NCBI GenBank assembly: GCA_964400625.1
Contig: CAYNUS010000004.1
Coordinates: forward strand, 26,164 to 90,163
Length of the DNA: 64,000 nucleotides
Direction of reading: 5' to 3'
Origin: an uncultured Gammaproteobacteria bacterium
GTDB lineage: Bacteria > Patescibacteriota > Patescibacteriia > SG8-24 > DYFX01
The notes under the pieces are model-generated. The model was not told where the DNA came from, did not search any database, and saw nothing but the letters and a program-made list of their open reading frames with translations. Both the position numbers and the translations under genes were made by a program. Numbering within the stretch: the stretch's first letter is position 1; each line of letters begins with the position of its first letter. Of the stretch, positions 10,361-19,753 are shown piece after piece.

Positions 10361-12183
10361 TTCTTGGCTTTCAAGGCTTTCTTGTAGGCCTCATGCAGTT
10401 TCTTGGGATCGTCCGCTTCCATGTCGCTGGGCATCTCGAACCCGGCGGTCTCGAGCGCCTGGAGGAACGAGGCGGGCGTGGCGAACTTCCCGTCGCCGGC
10501 CTTGCCCTTGGTGCGGAGCGTCTCGACGATGGCGGGCAGGGATGCCGGCGCGAGCGGTTCCTTCTTGGCTTTCGCGATCTTCTCCGGCGTGAGCTCTTCG
10601 GCCGGCGCGGCTTCCGGCTTCGCGGCGGGCGTCATGCGGAGGTCGTCGCCCGGTTCGACGGAAATCGCTTCGGGCGCGGGAGGCGCCGCCTCGACGGCCG
10701 GCGCTTCGGAGATGATCTGCGCGTCCTCGACCTCGATCTCGCCGGCGGCGGTCGGGGCGTCTTCGGAGGTCTTCGTCTTCTGGAGGACGGTCTCGTTCTC
10801 GATCTCTCCGGAGGCGACGGGCGTCTCGGAGGAGCGGACGATCTTCATCGGCTGGACCTCTGGCGCGAGCACGACGCTCGGTTCCGCTTCGGCCGCGGGG
10901 GCCGACGCTTCCTTCGCCTCGATCTCGCCGCTCGCCGGGAGCTGTCCGCGGAGCGCCTCCTGGGCGTCCTTGGCGAGTTCAGCCTTCTCGGCATCGGTGA
11001 AGACCGTTTCTTCCGCTGGCGCGGTTCGCATCTCGGGCGTGAGCTGGATCGGGTTCTCTTCGCCGCCCTCCTCCTTCGCGGCCGCGTCTTCGGCCGCCAT
11101 GGCCGCATCGACGCGCGCGCCCATCTCGGCGATGCGTTCCTTGCGCGCGTTGATTTCCTCGACCTTGCCGCCCGGATGCACGCGGAGCTTCATGCCGGAA
11201 GCGTACGAGCGGAGCTGTCCGCCGTCCTCGTACGTGAGGCGGATCTCCCCCTTCACGGGATCGAAGGATTTCCCGACGATTTCGCCGTAGCTGTCGGCGT
11301 CCAGGTCGCGCACCTTGAGGTAGTCATCGATCATGCGCTCGCCGGGGAGGCCCTCGGCGCCCTTCACGACGGTGCCGTCCTTGAGCTTGCCGCCCTTGAG
11401 GAGGAACTCGCGATCGGCGGCCAGACGTGCTTCCGGCGACGGCTTCGCTTCGGGCGCTTCCGCTTTCGGGGCGGGCGCCTCCTGCGGAGCCTCGGCCGTC
11501 GGGGCGGGCGCCTCGGCCGCGGCCTGTTCCTGGGCCGCCGCGTTCGCGGCCGCGAGCGCTTCCGTCGAACCGAACTTCCCGCCCGCGAGCTTCTCGCGGA
11601 CGTCGGCCAAGCGCTTGTTGATGTAGTTGAGCTTGGCGCCGGTCTCGGTGACCTGCGGCATTTCCCCCGTCTTGAGAGCCTTCTTCATCGCAGCGGATTC
11701 TTCGGCGCCTTCCGCGGCGACCTTGGGGGCCAGCTGGTCGTAGGCGGCCGAGAGGCTTCCTTCCAGGGCGCGGAGCTCCGCTTCGCCGCCGTGCGCCATG
11801 ATGCGCGCCATCTCTTTCCTGAAATTCGCGAAGACCGCGTCGGCCTTCTCGATCTCCGCCAGGATTTCGGCCTCGCCTTTGACGGGGCCGCCGTCCTTCT
11901 TCTTGAACAGCCGCTCCTTCATGCGGCTCCAGACGGATTTCGTCTCTTCCTTGAATTCCTTGGCGCCTGCTTCGGCCTGCAGGTCCAGGTTCTTGCCGAG
12001 CTCGTTCACGCGGGCCATGCCCTCCTCCGCCAGACGCTCCTCCTTCTCGCCGATGGATTCCTGTTTGCGGCTCTCGGCATCCATCTTCTCGCCCTCCTTC
12101 AAGAATGCCTCTTCGTGAGGGGCGATCGTTTCGGCCTGCTTGCGGGCTTCGGGGGTCGCGGGCTGGAGCGCGGGATCCGCCAT
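10357..12183 (-). CDS. large hypothetical protein (608 aa): coiled-coil N-terminus, central globular region, acidic Ala/Pro/Glu-rich tail
   Basis: Long ORF with 4-nt overlaps to both neighbours. The GC-rich antisense ORF on the plus strand was rejected. Low-complexity PEAK/AEAP repeats are present. C-terminus ends ...KKLHEAYKKALKAKK. Confidence 0.6.
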   Translation of the reverse strand: MADPALQPATPEARKQAETIAPHEEAFLKEGEKMDAESRKQESIGEKEERLAEEGMARVNELGKNLDLQAEAGAKEFKEETKSVWSRMKERLFKKKDGGPVKGEAEILAEIEKADAVFANFRKEMARIMAHGGEAELRALEGSLSAAYDQLAPKVAAEGAEESAAMKKALKTGEMPQVTETGAKLNYINKRLADVREKLAGGKFGSTEALAAANAAAQEQAAAEAPAPTAEAPQEAPAPKAEAPEAKPSPEARLAADREFLLKGGKLKDGTVVKGAEGLPGERMIDDYLKVRDLDADSYGEIVGKSFDPVKGEIRLTYEDGGQLRSYASGMKLRVHPGGKVEEINARKERIAEMGARVDAAMAAEDAAAKEEGGEENPIQLTPEMRTAPAEETVFTDAEKAELAKDAQEALRGQLPASGEIEAKEASAPAAEAEPSVVLAPEVQPMKIVRSSETPVASGEIENETVLQKTKTSEDAPTAAGEIEVEDAQIISEAPAVEAAPPAPEAISVEPGDDLRMTPAAKPEAAPAEELTPEKIAKAKKEPLAPASLPAIVETLRTKGKAGDGKFATPASFLQALETAGFEMPSDMEADDPKKLHEAYKKALKAKK

Positions 12184-12187
12184 ACGT

Positions 12188-12355
12188 TTACGAGTTCTTG
12201 AGTTCGTTCAGGATCTTCTCGATCTCCTCGCGTTCGAGGTCGCCGAGCACTTTCTTCATCACGTCGAGGCGCTCGTGTTCCAGCCCCTTGATCTGCTCCA
12301 TGAACTGGTCGTAGGCGGCCTGGAGTTTCTTGGCCTTTTCTTCGGTGGTTTCCAT
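12188..12355 (-). CDS. hypothetical small coiled-coil protein (55 aa)
   Basis: In-frame ATG at 12353-12355 within the out-of-frame ORF 12188..13456 (METTEEKAKKLQAAYDQFMEQIKGLEHERLDVMKK...). Sits between metG and the 608-aa gene. Confidence 0.35.
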   Translation of the reverse strand: METTEEKAKKLQAAYDQFMEQIKGLEHERLDVMKKVLGDLEREEIEKILNELKNS

Positions 12356-12381
12356 ATAGGTGGAGTATACCAAAAGACGGC

Positions 12382-13884
12382 TTACGCCGTCTTTCGTTCG
12401 AGCCGCGGGAAGAGGATATCGCCTTTCTTGACCGGAAGGCCCGGTTCGAGGCCGCCCCAAGCCTGGGCTTCGGGGAGCTTGGCCGCGGCGGGGTCGACGC
12501 CGATCTGGGCGAGGACCTTGGCGGCGGCCGACGGGATGACGGGCAGGAGCGCGAGCCCGATCTGCCGCTGGGCTTCGGCGAGCTGATACATGAAAGGAGA
12601 GACGTCCACGCCTTCCTTGGCCTTCTTGAATGGCGCCTCGACGTCGATGGCCTGGTTCACGGTCGTGACGTAGTGCTCGAGCGCGCGGATGGCCTCGTCG
12701 AAGTGGAAGGCGTCGAGCGCCTTCTCGTACTTCTCCCAGAAGGCGGCGGTCTCGAAGCGGTCGTCGGCCTTCGTCGGCACCTTCGCTTCGCAATACTTCT
12801 CGACCATCGTGGCGGTGCGCGCCGCGAGGTTGCCGATGCCGTTCACGAGCTTCGAGGTGTAGATGTCCTCGAACTGCTTGGCGGTGTAGTCGCCGTCCTC
12901 GTAGGCCGGAAGGCTGGCGAGGTAGTAGCGGACGGTGTCGGTGCCGTACTGCGCGACGAGGTCCATCGGGTTCACGACGTTGCCGAGCGACTTTGACATC
13001 TTCTGGCCGTCGGCGGTGATGAAACCGTGGATGAAGATGCGCTCCGAGAGCGGGACGCCGGCGGAGAGGAGCATCCCCTGCCACATCGCGGACTGCTGGC
13101 GCAGGTTGTCCTTGCCGGCGACCTGCGTGCCGGGCCAGAACTTGGCGTAGGCCTCGTCCGGCCAGCCGATCGTGGAGATATAGTTCACGAGCGCGTCGAA
13201 CCAGACGTACATCACGTGCGCCTCGTCGCCCGGGACAGGCACGCCCCACGACATCTTTTCCTTGAGGCGCGAGATGCTGAAGTCCTGGAGTCCGCCCGCC
13301 ACGAAGCTGCGGATCTCGTTCAGGCGGTGTTCGGGGACGACAAAGCCGGGATTGGCTTCGTAGTGCTTGAGGAGCGCGTCCTGGTACTTCGACCAGCGGA
13401 AGAAGTAGTTCTCCTCGTCGCGGTTCTCGATCTCGAGCTTCGGGTGGATGGGGCATCTGCCGTCGACCAGTTCCGAATCGGTCTTCTCGAGCTCGCAGCC
13501 GACGCAGTACTTCACCTGGTACTGCTTCTTGTAAATGTCGCCGACGGCGTCGCAGCGCTTCCAGAATTCCTGCGCGGCGGCCACGTGGTGCGCGTCGGTC
13601 GTGCGGATGAAGTGGGTGTAGGTGAGGTCGAGCGTGTCCTTGAGCGCGTGGAACTTGGCGGCGTATTGGTCGCAGTACGCCTGCGGGTCGAGGCCGGCCT
13701 TCGCGGCGGCGTCCTGGATCTTCTGCCCGTGCTCGTCGGTGCCGGTGTTGAAGACGACCTCCTCCCCCTTCAAACGATGCCAGCGCGCGACGATGTCGGC
13801 CTGGACGATCTCCAAGGCGAAGCCGATATGCGGATCGGCGTTCACGTACGGGAGCGTGGTGGTGATGTAGAAGTTTTTTTGCAT
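12382..13884 (-). CDS. metG: methionine--tRNA ligase
   Basis: 500 aa with class I aaRS motifs (HIGH-like PHIGFA, KMSKS) and a Zn knuckle. Confidence 0.95.
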   Translation of the reverse strand: MQKNFYITTTLPYVNADPHIGFALEIVQADIVARWHRLKGEEVVFNTGTDEHGQKIQDAAAKAGLDPQAYCDQYAAKFHALKDTLDLTYTHFIRTTDAHHVAAAQEFWKRCDAVGDIYKKQYQVKYCVGCELEKTDSELVDGRCPIHPKLEIENRDEENYFFRWSKYQDALLKHYEANPGFVVPEHRLNEIRSFVAGGLQDFSISRLKEKMSWGVPVPGDEAHVMYVWFDALVNYISTIGWPDEAYAKFWPGTQVAGKDNLRQQSAMWQGMLLSAGVPLSERIFIHGFITADGQKMSKSLGNVVNPMDLVAQYGTDTVRYYLASLPAYEDGDYTAKQFEDIYTSKLVNGIGNLAARTATMVEKYCEAKVPTKADDRFETAAFWEKYEKALDAFHFDEAIRALEHYVTTVNQAIDVEAPFKKAKEGVDVSPFMYQLAEAQRQIGLALLPVIPSAAAKVLAQIGVDPAAAKLPEAQAWGGLEPGLPVKKGDILFPRLERKTA

Positions 13885-13904
13885 ATCATTTTCTGAGTTT
13901 CTTC

Positions 13905-13987
13905 GTCATTCCGAGCGCAGCCGAGGAACCCCTTGCGATTCATGGAGGAAAGGGGTTCCTCCGCTCGCTGCGCTCGGTCGGAATGAC
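13905..13987. repeat. palindromic intergenic element, copy 1 (MITE/REP-like, GTCATTCC...GGAATGAC)
   Basis: 83-bp near-perfect hairpin. The left arm GTCATTCCGAGCGCAGCCGAGGAACCCCTT pairs with the reverse complement of the right arm. Confidence 0.7.
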
Positions 13988-13996
13988 GGCACGTGG

Positions 13997-14674
13997 TCAT
14001 TTCCCTTCGACGGCGATGACGTATTCGCCTTTGATGGGTTCGGATCGGAGGAGTTCGGAAGCGTCCTTCATCTCGCCGTAGCGGACGGATTCGAACATCT
14101 TGGTGAGTTCGCGGCCGATGACGATCTTGCGGTGCGGGTCGCAGAGCGCGGAGAGTTCCGCCATCGCCTTCTCGACGCGATGCGGGCTCTCGAAGAAGAC
14201 GCTCGTGCGCTTCTCGTCGGCGATGATCTTCCAGTAGGTGTTCCTCCCCTTCTTGTGCGGCGGGAAGCCGTGGAAGACGTAGGCGTCGGCCGGGAAGCCG
14301 GAGACGGAAAGGAGCGTCGTGACGGCGGAGGGCCCGGGAATCGGCACGACCTTCACCTGGCCCTGCGAGACGCGCACGAGCTCGGCGACGAAGCGCGCGC
14401 CCGGGTCCGAGACGCCCGGCGTGCCGGCGTCGGAGATGAGCGCCATCGTCTCGCCTTGGTCGATGCGCTTCACGAGCGCCTGCAGCTTCCCCATCGAGGT
14501 GTGCTCGTGATAGCTCGTCGTCGCGGCGGGAACCTCGAAGTGGTTCAGGAGCTTCCGCGAGACGCGCGTGTCTTCGCATAGCACCAAGGATGACTCCATC
14601 AGCGCGGCGACGGCGCGGGGGGAGAAATCGTCGAGATTGCCGATGGGCGTGGCGATGACATACAGACGACTCAT
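13997..14674 (-). CDS. rsmI: 16S rRNA (cytidine1402-2'-O)-methyltransferase
   Basis: Starts LYVIATPIGNLDD and has the tetrapyrrole-methylase fold signature. Start chosen at MSRLYV. Confidence 0.85.
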   Translation of the reverse strand: MSRLYVIATPIGNLDDFSPRAVAALMESSLVLCEDTRVSRKLLNHFEVPAATTSYHEHTSMGKLQALVKRIDQGETMALISDAGTPGVSDPGARFVAELVRVSQGQVKVVPIPGPSAVTTLLSVSGFPADAYVFHGFPPHKKGRNTYWKIIADEKRTSVFFESPHRVEKAMAELSALCDPHRKIVIGRELTKMFESVRYGEMKDASELLRSEPIKGEYVIAVEGK

Positions 14675-14806
14675 ACCTTTTGCTGATCGCGCGAGCATGA
14701 TGAATGATGGCGTCCTTTCTCGTGCGGTCACCCCGGAATCGCGCAGCGATGTCCGGGGTGCTCATACGCGTCCAGCCTATAGAAAAACCCCCGAACCGTC
14801 GAGGGT

Positions 14807-15799
14807 TCAGGGGTAGACCGGGCGGAGCGCGGCGTGGAGCGCGAGTTTCGCGGCGTCCGGGGCGAAGGACATGTCGATGGAAGCGGCGACGAGCTTCACG
14901 AGGTCGCCTTCCTCCAGCTTCCAGGCTTCCTGGGCGAGGCCGAGCTCGCGGGCCATCGTGGTGTCCGCCAGCGTGCGGTTGTCGGTGTTGAGCCCGACCC
15001 GCAGGCCTTCCTTCAGATAGACCCAGGCCGGGTGCAGGTCGATCAGGCTGACGGTGCGCGTCTGCAGGTTGGAGGTGAGGCACGCTTCGATGCCGACGCC
15101 GCGCTTCGCCAGGAGCTCCAGCATGCGCGGGTCGCGGATGGCGTTCACGGCGTGGCCGACGCGTTCGGCGCCGAAGAGCTCGACGGCCTCGCGGATGCGC
15201 TCCGGCGGCCCGCTTTCGGCGGCGTGGATCGTGACATGGAGCCCGGCCTCGGCGGCGCGGCGGAAGTGCGGCGCGTGGTCGAGCGAGGGCAGCATGTCGT
15301 TCCCGGCCAGGTCGACCGCCACGACGCCGTTGCGGCGGTAGCGGATGGCGACGTCGATCATGCGTCCGGTGACGCTCGGGTCGACGTGGCGGAGGCTGCA
15401 GACGATGAAGCCCCAGCCGACGCCGTGCCGCATGCCGCCGATCGTCATCCCCTCCAGGATCGCCTCGACGACCTCCTCGTCGGAGAGCCCGCCGAGCGTG
15501 CTGAGCCGCGGCATGTAGCGCGCCTCGACGTACTTCAGGCCGTCGGCGGCGCAGTCTTCGATCAGCTCGATGGCGACGCGCGTGAGCGCGGAGCGGGACT
15601 GCAGGACGGCCGTGGTGTGGTCGAAGTGTTCCAGATACTGCGGCAGGCTCGCGCGGACCTCGCCGCAGGCGAGCGCCTTGCGGAGGCCGGATTCGGTCCT
15701 GGCGGGCAGGACGGTGTTCTCGGCCTCGGCGATCTCGAGCATGGTCGCGATCCGCAGCGAGCCGTCCAGATGGAGATGGAGTTCGACGAGCGGTTCCAA
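14807..15799 (-). CDS. add: adenosine deaminase
   Basis: 330 aa with the LHLHLDGSL metal-binding motif and C-terminal SNLQTRTV region. Confidence 0.85.
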   Translation of the reverse strand: MEPLVELHLHLDGSLRIATMLEIAEAENTVLPARTESGLRKALACGEVRASLPQYLEHFDHTTAVLQSRSALTRVAIELIEDCAADGLKYVEARYMPRLSTLGGLSDEEVVEAILEGMTIGGMRHGVGWGFIVCSLRHVDPSVTGRMIDVAIRYRRNGVVAVDLAGNDMLPSLDHAPHFRRAAEAGLHVTIHAAESGPPERIREAVELFGAERVGHAVNAIRDPRMLELLAKRGVGIEACLTSNLQTRTVSLIDLHPAWVYLKEGLRVGLNTDNRTLADTTMARELGLAQEAWKLEEGDLVKLVAASIDMSFAPDAAKLALHAALRPVYP

Positions 15800-15832
15800 A
15801 GAAGCCTCCCTTGCAATGTGCTGCAGAGGAGG

Positions 15833-16993
15833 CTACCAGTTCACGGCGTCGATGTCGATGCGTTCCTCATCCTTCATCACGGCCTCGATCCATTTCTGCA
15901 CGTCCAGCTTCTTCTCGTCCTCGGCGACGACGTCTTCGAACGCCTTGGTCGAAGGATGCTCCGGCATGAAGAGCGAACAGCAGTCGGAATGCGGCCGCGT
16001 GGAGATCTCGAAAGTGCCGATCTTGCGCGCGCGTTCGGTGATCTCGTCCTTGTCCATGCCGATGAGCGGTCGGAAGACGGGAAGCTTCGTGACCGCCTCG
16101 ACCGTGCGCATGTTCTGCACCGTCTGCGAGGCGACCTGCCCGAGCGATTCGCCCGTCACGAGCCCGCCGGCCTTCTCGCGGTGCGCGATGAGCTCCGCGA
16201 GGCGGAACATGAAGCGCCGGTAGTGGATGACGCGGAACTGCGGGTTGCAGACGGCGGCGATCTCCTCCTGCACGGGCGTGAGATTGATCATCGAGAGCGT
16301 CGCCTTGATGCCCGTGCGGTTCAGGACCGCGATCATGTCCTTCACGATCTCGATCGAGGCGCGGTCGGTGTACGGGAAGTTGTGGAAGTGGACGTAGTGC
16401 AGCGGCGCGCCGCGGCGGAGCATCATCCAGGACGCCACCGGCGAATCGATGCCGCCCGAAAGCAGCGAGACGAGCTTGCCGCCGCTTCCGAGCGGAAGCC
16501 CGCCGATGCCGCGGAGCTTCTCGTGCGCCACGTACGCGCCGTCGTCGGTGACCTCGATCCAGCAGGTGTGGTCGGCGTCCTTCATCTTCACCGTCAGCTC
16601 GGGGTTCGCTTTCAGGATGGCTTCGCCGACGAGCCCGGCGAGTTCCTGCGAGGTCATCGGGAAGCGCTTGTCGGGGCGCCGCGCCGTCACGCGGAAGGTC
16701 CCCTTCTGCGTCGTGAAGCGCGAGACGGCCTCCTTGATGATGGCGTCGACGTCCGGCACGACGCGGGCGCAGGGCAGGACATTGGCCACGCCGGCGACGT
16801 TCAGGAGGCGGCGCGTGACTTCCGGCGCCGAGGCGTCGTCGGCTTCGAGGCGGATGAGGCCCGTGCGGCGGCGGAGGCCCTTCACGCCCAGGCCCTTCAG
16901 CTGTTCGCGGATGTTCGAAACCAGCCGCGCCTCGAAGAGCGTGCGGTTCCTTCCCTTGATGCCGAGTTCCGCGTAGTGGACGACGAAGATCAT
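15833..16993 (-). CDS. thiI: tRNA 4-thiouridine(8) synthase
   Basis: THUMP and PP-loop (SGGIDS) domains. Start set at MIFVVHYAELGIKG. Confidence 0.85.
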   Translation of the reverse strand: MIFVVHYAELGIKGRNRTLFEARLVSNIREQLKGLGVKGLRRRTGLIRLEADDASAPEVTRRLLNVAGVANVLPCARVVPDVDAIIKEAVSRFTTQKGTFRVTARRPDKRFPMTSQELAGLVGEAILKANPELTVKMKDADHTCWIEVTDDGAYVAHEKLRGIGGLPLGSGGKLVSLLSGGIDSPVASWMMLRRGAPLHYVHFHNFPYTDRASIEIVKDMIAVLNRTGIKATLSMINLTPVQEEIAAVCNPQFRVIHYRRFMFRLAELIAHREKAGGLVTGESLGQVASQTVQNMRTVEAVTKLPVFRPLIGMDKDEITERARKIGTFEISTRPHSDCCSLFMPEHPSTKAFEDVVAEDEKKLDVQKWIEAVMKDEERIDIDAVNW

Positions 16994-17006
16994 TTGTCTT
17001 TCTTTT

Positions 17007-17096
17007 GTCATCCCGAGCCTGCGCATTTCGCGCGGGCGTCAGGGATCTCTTTAAAAAGCGATTCCTATCGCCCCGCACCGCGGGGCTCGGAATGAC
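17007..17096. repeat. palindromic intergenic element, copy 2
   Basis: GTCATCCCGAGC...GCTCGGAATGAC termini. Shares the internal AGGGATCYTTTTAAAAGCGATTCCTA block with copy 6. Confidence 0.7.
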
Positions 17097-17098
17097 AT

Positions 17099-18280
17099 TT
17101 AAGGCTTGCGGTGCTTCTTCAAGTACGCCTCCGCTTCGGAGGGACTGCCGACCTTACCCTTCGCTTGCGCATCAATCAAGAGGTCCAAGGCCTCGCCCAC
17201 GTCGGGGCCGGGTTTCAGCTTCAAAAGTTTCATGACCGTTTCGCCCGAAAGCAGGGGCTCCGCGCCCAGTTCCTTATAGAGGGCGACGTCCGCGCCCGAG
17301 GCCAGACGTCGGAGCAAGGTGGCGTCGACCCCGTGGCCGGAGGAGGCCAGGCGCAGGCGTTCGGCCAGGGCCACGGCGCCGTCGCGGCCGAGATGCGCGA
17401 AACACACGCCGACCTGGACGCGCGAGGGCACGGGCTTCCCGTCCAAGACGCGCAGGACGTCCGGGTCCTTCAATCGCGAGAGCGCTTTCCTGACCATGAG
17501 CGGCCAGCCGCCGCCGAGCGCGGGCGCAAGGGCTTCGACGGCGCCCGCGTCGGTCCAAAGTTCGGAGGCGCGGATCGGCGCGGCCTCGAGGCTCTTCACC
17601 AGCTCGCGCGAGACGAGTTCGTACGGCACGAGCCGTCCGTCGTGGCGCGTCTCGTTCACGTGCGCCATCGACGCGCGCAGGGCGTCCCACGTCGCCGCCT
17701 CGATGCCGAAGTCGAGCTGGACGGCGAACCGCAGCGCGCGGAGCATGCGCGTGTAGTCCTCCCGGAAGCGCGTCGCCGGATCGCCGACGGCGCGGATGAT
17801 CTTCTTCCCGAGGTCGTCCTGTCCGCCGAACGCGTCGATGAGCGCGCCTGTCGACGCCTCGCCCGCGGCACGTCGTTCGCGAACGACGTGCCAGGCCATC
17901 GCGTTGATCGTGAAGTCGCGGCGCGCTAGGTCTTCCTCGATGGGCATGTGCGGGTCGGCGCGCGTCGTCACGTCGCGGTAGCCGCCGGTGCCCGCGGGCT
18001 CCTCGCGGCGCGGGAGCGCGATGTCGAGACGGAGGCCGCCTTCGTCCGAGACGAACTTGAAGACGCCGAAGCTGCGGCCGACGAGATCGACGGAACCGCG
18101 CGCCTCGAGGAACTTCGCGAGCGCCACCGGTTCGACGCCGGCGACGAGGATATCGATGTCGCCCAGCGCGCGCCCGAGCAGCGCGTCGCGCACCGCGCCG
18201 CCGACCACGTACCAGCGCGAACCCGGAAGCTCTTCGCTCCAGCGCTTCAGGACGTCCGCGATCGGGTGGCCTTCGAACAT
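17099..18280 (-). CDS. cca: CCA tRNA nucleotidyltransferase / poly(A) polymerase family
   Basis: 393 aa with the GGAVRD...DID nucleotidyltransferase motif. Confidence 0.8.
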   Translation of the reverse strand: MFEGHPIADVLKRWSEELPGSRWYVVGGAVRDALLGRALGDIDILVAGVEPVALAKFLEARGSVDLVGRSFGVFKFVSDEGGLRLDIALPRREEPAGTGGYRDVTTRADPHMPIEEDLARRDFTINAMAWHVVRERRAAGEASTGALIDAFGGQDDLGKKIIRAVGDPATRFREDYTRMLRALRFAVQLDFGIEAATWDALRASMAHVNETRHDGRLVPYELVSRELVKSLEAAPIRASELWTDAGAVEALAPALGGGWPLMVRKALSRLKDPDVLRVLDGKPVPSRVQVGVCFAHLGRDGAVALAERLRLASSGHGVDATLLRRLASGADVALYKELGAEPLLSGETVMKLLKLKPGPDVGEALDLLIDAQAKGKVGSPSEAEAYLKKHRKP

Positions 18281-18312
18281 ATGCGGTCATGCTAACTGCC
18301 CCACCCGCTTTT

Positions 18313-18398
18313 GTCATCCTGAGCGGAGCGCAGCGGAGTCGAAGGATCCATCGGCTCGATATCCGGAGAATGGATCCCTCGGCTTCGCTCGGGATGAC
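18313..18398. repeat. palindromic intergenic element, copy 3
   Basis: GTCATCCTGAGCGGAGCGCAGCGGAG...CTCGGCTTCGCTCGGGATGAC. Confidence 0.65.
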
Positions 18399-18466
18399 GA
18401 AAACAGGAAAAGAAAAAACTCCGCCATGCTTTTTACGGAGCCCTTTCCTCCTTCGGTTTTCCGTCC

Positions 18467-18691
18467 CTACATCGCGGTCGCGTCGGCGACGGCGAGTTCG
18501 GTCGCGCCGCAGAGTCCGCATTCGATGCCGAGGTCTTCCTTGCGGATCTCGCCGCACGATTCGCAGAACAGCGCACCGTCCATCTCGTCGATCGAGGCGG
18601 AGCTGCAGCGCTCGCAGCGGTATGCGATATCCTTGCCGTTCAGTTCGCCGCAGTACGCGCAGGCGTACGACATTCCCATACGAAAGATCAC
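18467..18691 (-). CDS. zinc-ribbon domain small protein
   Basis: 74 aa with four CxxC pairs (CAYCGELNGKDIAYRCERC...CESCGEI...CGLCG). The first start may be one of the internal Mets. Confidence 0.5.
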   Translation of the reverse strand: MIFRMGMSYACAYCGELNGKDIAYRCERCSSASIDEMDGALFCESCGEIRKEDLGIECGLCGATELAVADATAM

Positions 18692-18787
18692 TCAAAGATT
18701 TTTAACCGTTGGGAGCATAGCATCAGCGTCCCCGCGGAACAAGCAAAAAAGATATCCACATTCGCACCCTTGCGCCGTTCGCCTTTT

Positions 18788-18817
18788 GTTCATCTATACT
18801 ATGAACGAAAGGCGAAC
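18788..18817 (+). promoter_or_regulatory. candidate LexA operator overlapping a TATACT -10 element
   Basis: Inverted repeat GTTCAT-N7-ATGAAC (18788-18806) overlaps GAAC-N7-GAAC (18803-18817). The latter is GTTC-N7-GTTC on the other strand, the alphaproteobacterial SOS-box type. Lies 21-50 nt upstream of the lexA ATG. Confidence 0.4.
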
Positions 18818-18837
18818 ACTTATTAACACCCCATTCT

Positions 18838-19440
18838 ATGTTCGAGCTCACGTCCAAACAGAAGGAGTTGCTGGATGCCATCCAGGAACACGTCGGCGAC
18901 CGCGGCGTCATGCCCAGTTACCGCGAACTGGCCGTCGCCATGGGCGCGTCCAGCCCGGCCACGATCCATAAGCACGTGACCCTGCTCGAAAAGAAAGGGT
19001 ACGTCATGCGCCACGACGGCGGACGCTCGCTCTCCCTCACCCCGAAGGCCACCACGCGCCGCCCGGCCATCGGTCTCCCGCTCCGCGGCCTCATCACCGC
19101 CGGCCTCCCCATCGAGGCCATCGAGACGAACGACACGATCGACGTCCCGGCCGACATGGTCGTCGACGAGATCAACTCCTACGTCCTCAAGGTGAAGGGC
19201 GAATCGATGATCGACGACGGCATCTTGGACGGCGACTTCGTCATCGTCGAGCGCAACCCCTCGCCGAAGAACGGCGACATCGTCGTCGCGCTCCTCGAGA
19301 ACACCTACGCCACGCTCAAGCGCTTCTACCGCGAATCCACCCGCATCCGCCTCCAGCCCGCCAACTCCACGATGCAGCCGTTCTACGTGCAGGATCCGCT
19401 GATCCAGGGCGTCGTGCGGGCGGTGCTGAGGAAGTACTGA
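18838..19440 (+). CDS. lexA: LexA repressor
   Basis: 200 aa with an N-terminal winged HTH and a C-terminal S24 peptidase domain (catalytic Ser in GESM, Lys in TLKRF). Confidence 0.9.
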   Translation: MFELTSKQKELLDAIQEHVGDRGVMPSYRELAVAMGASSPATIHKHVTLLEKKGYVMRHDGGRSLSLTPKATTRRPAIGLPLRGLITAGLPIEAIETNDTIDVPADMVVDEINSYVLKVKGESMIDDGILDGDFVIVERNPSPKNGDIVVALLENTYATLKRFYRESTRIRLQPANSTMQPFYVQDPLIQGVVRAVLRKY

Positions 19441-19459
19441 GGCGACAGCGCTTTTACAT

Positions 19460-19553
19460 GTCATTCCTGCGCAGGCAGGAATCCAGTACCGAAACACAGA
19501 CATCAAATGTTTAGCTGCTCGTGGAACTGGGTTCCAGCTTTCGCTGGAATGAC
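19460..19553. repeat. palindromic intergenic element, copy 4
   Basis: TGTCATTCCTGCGCAGGCAGGAATCC...GGTTCCAGCTTTCGCTGGAATGACA. Confidence 0.65.
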
Positions 19554-19753
19554 ATGACAAGAAACCATAACCCATCTTTTATGAGCAGGAGGAAGTTCAA
19601 ATCGATGTATCGCCAGCTGGTCGGGCACGTCGTGGATTGGTTCGAAATCGCGGAATATGAGGAGAAAGTGGATTCCCTCGCGTCGTAGACGTTCTTGGGA
19701 GGGGTTTGCTATGCTTGAACCCGTCCCTAACGCACACGTACGCACCGTCTTTT

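Noticed and set aside
10393-12201. 602-aa plus-strand ORF opposite the 608-aa gene
   Set aside because: It is low-complexity Arg/Gly-rich. The minus-strand frame is flanked by 4-nt operon overlaps and has more protein-like composition. Strand choice for this gene remains the least certain call.
12188-13456. 422-aa minus-strand ORF overlapping metG out of frame
   Set aside because: It is an Arg-rich alternate frame of metG. Only its C-terminal 55 codons downstream of metG (12188-12355) are plausible as a separate small gene.
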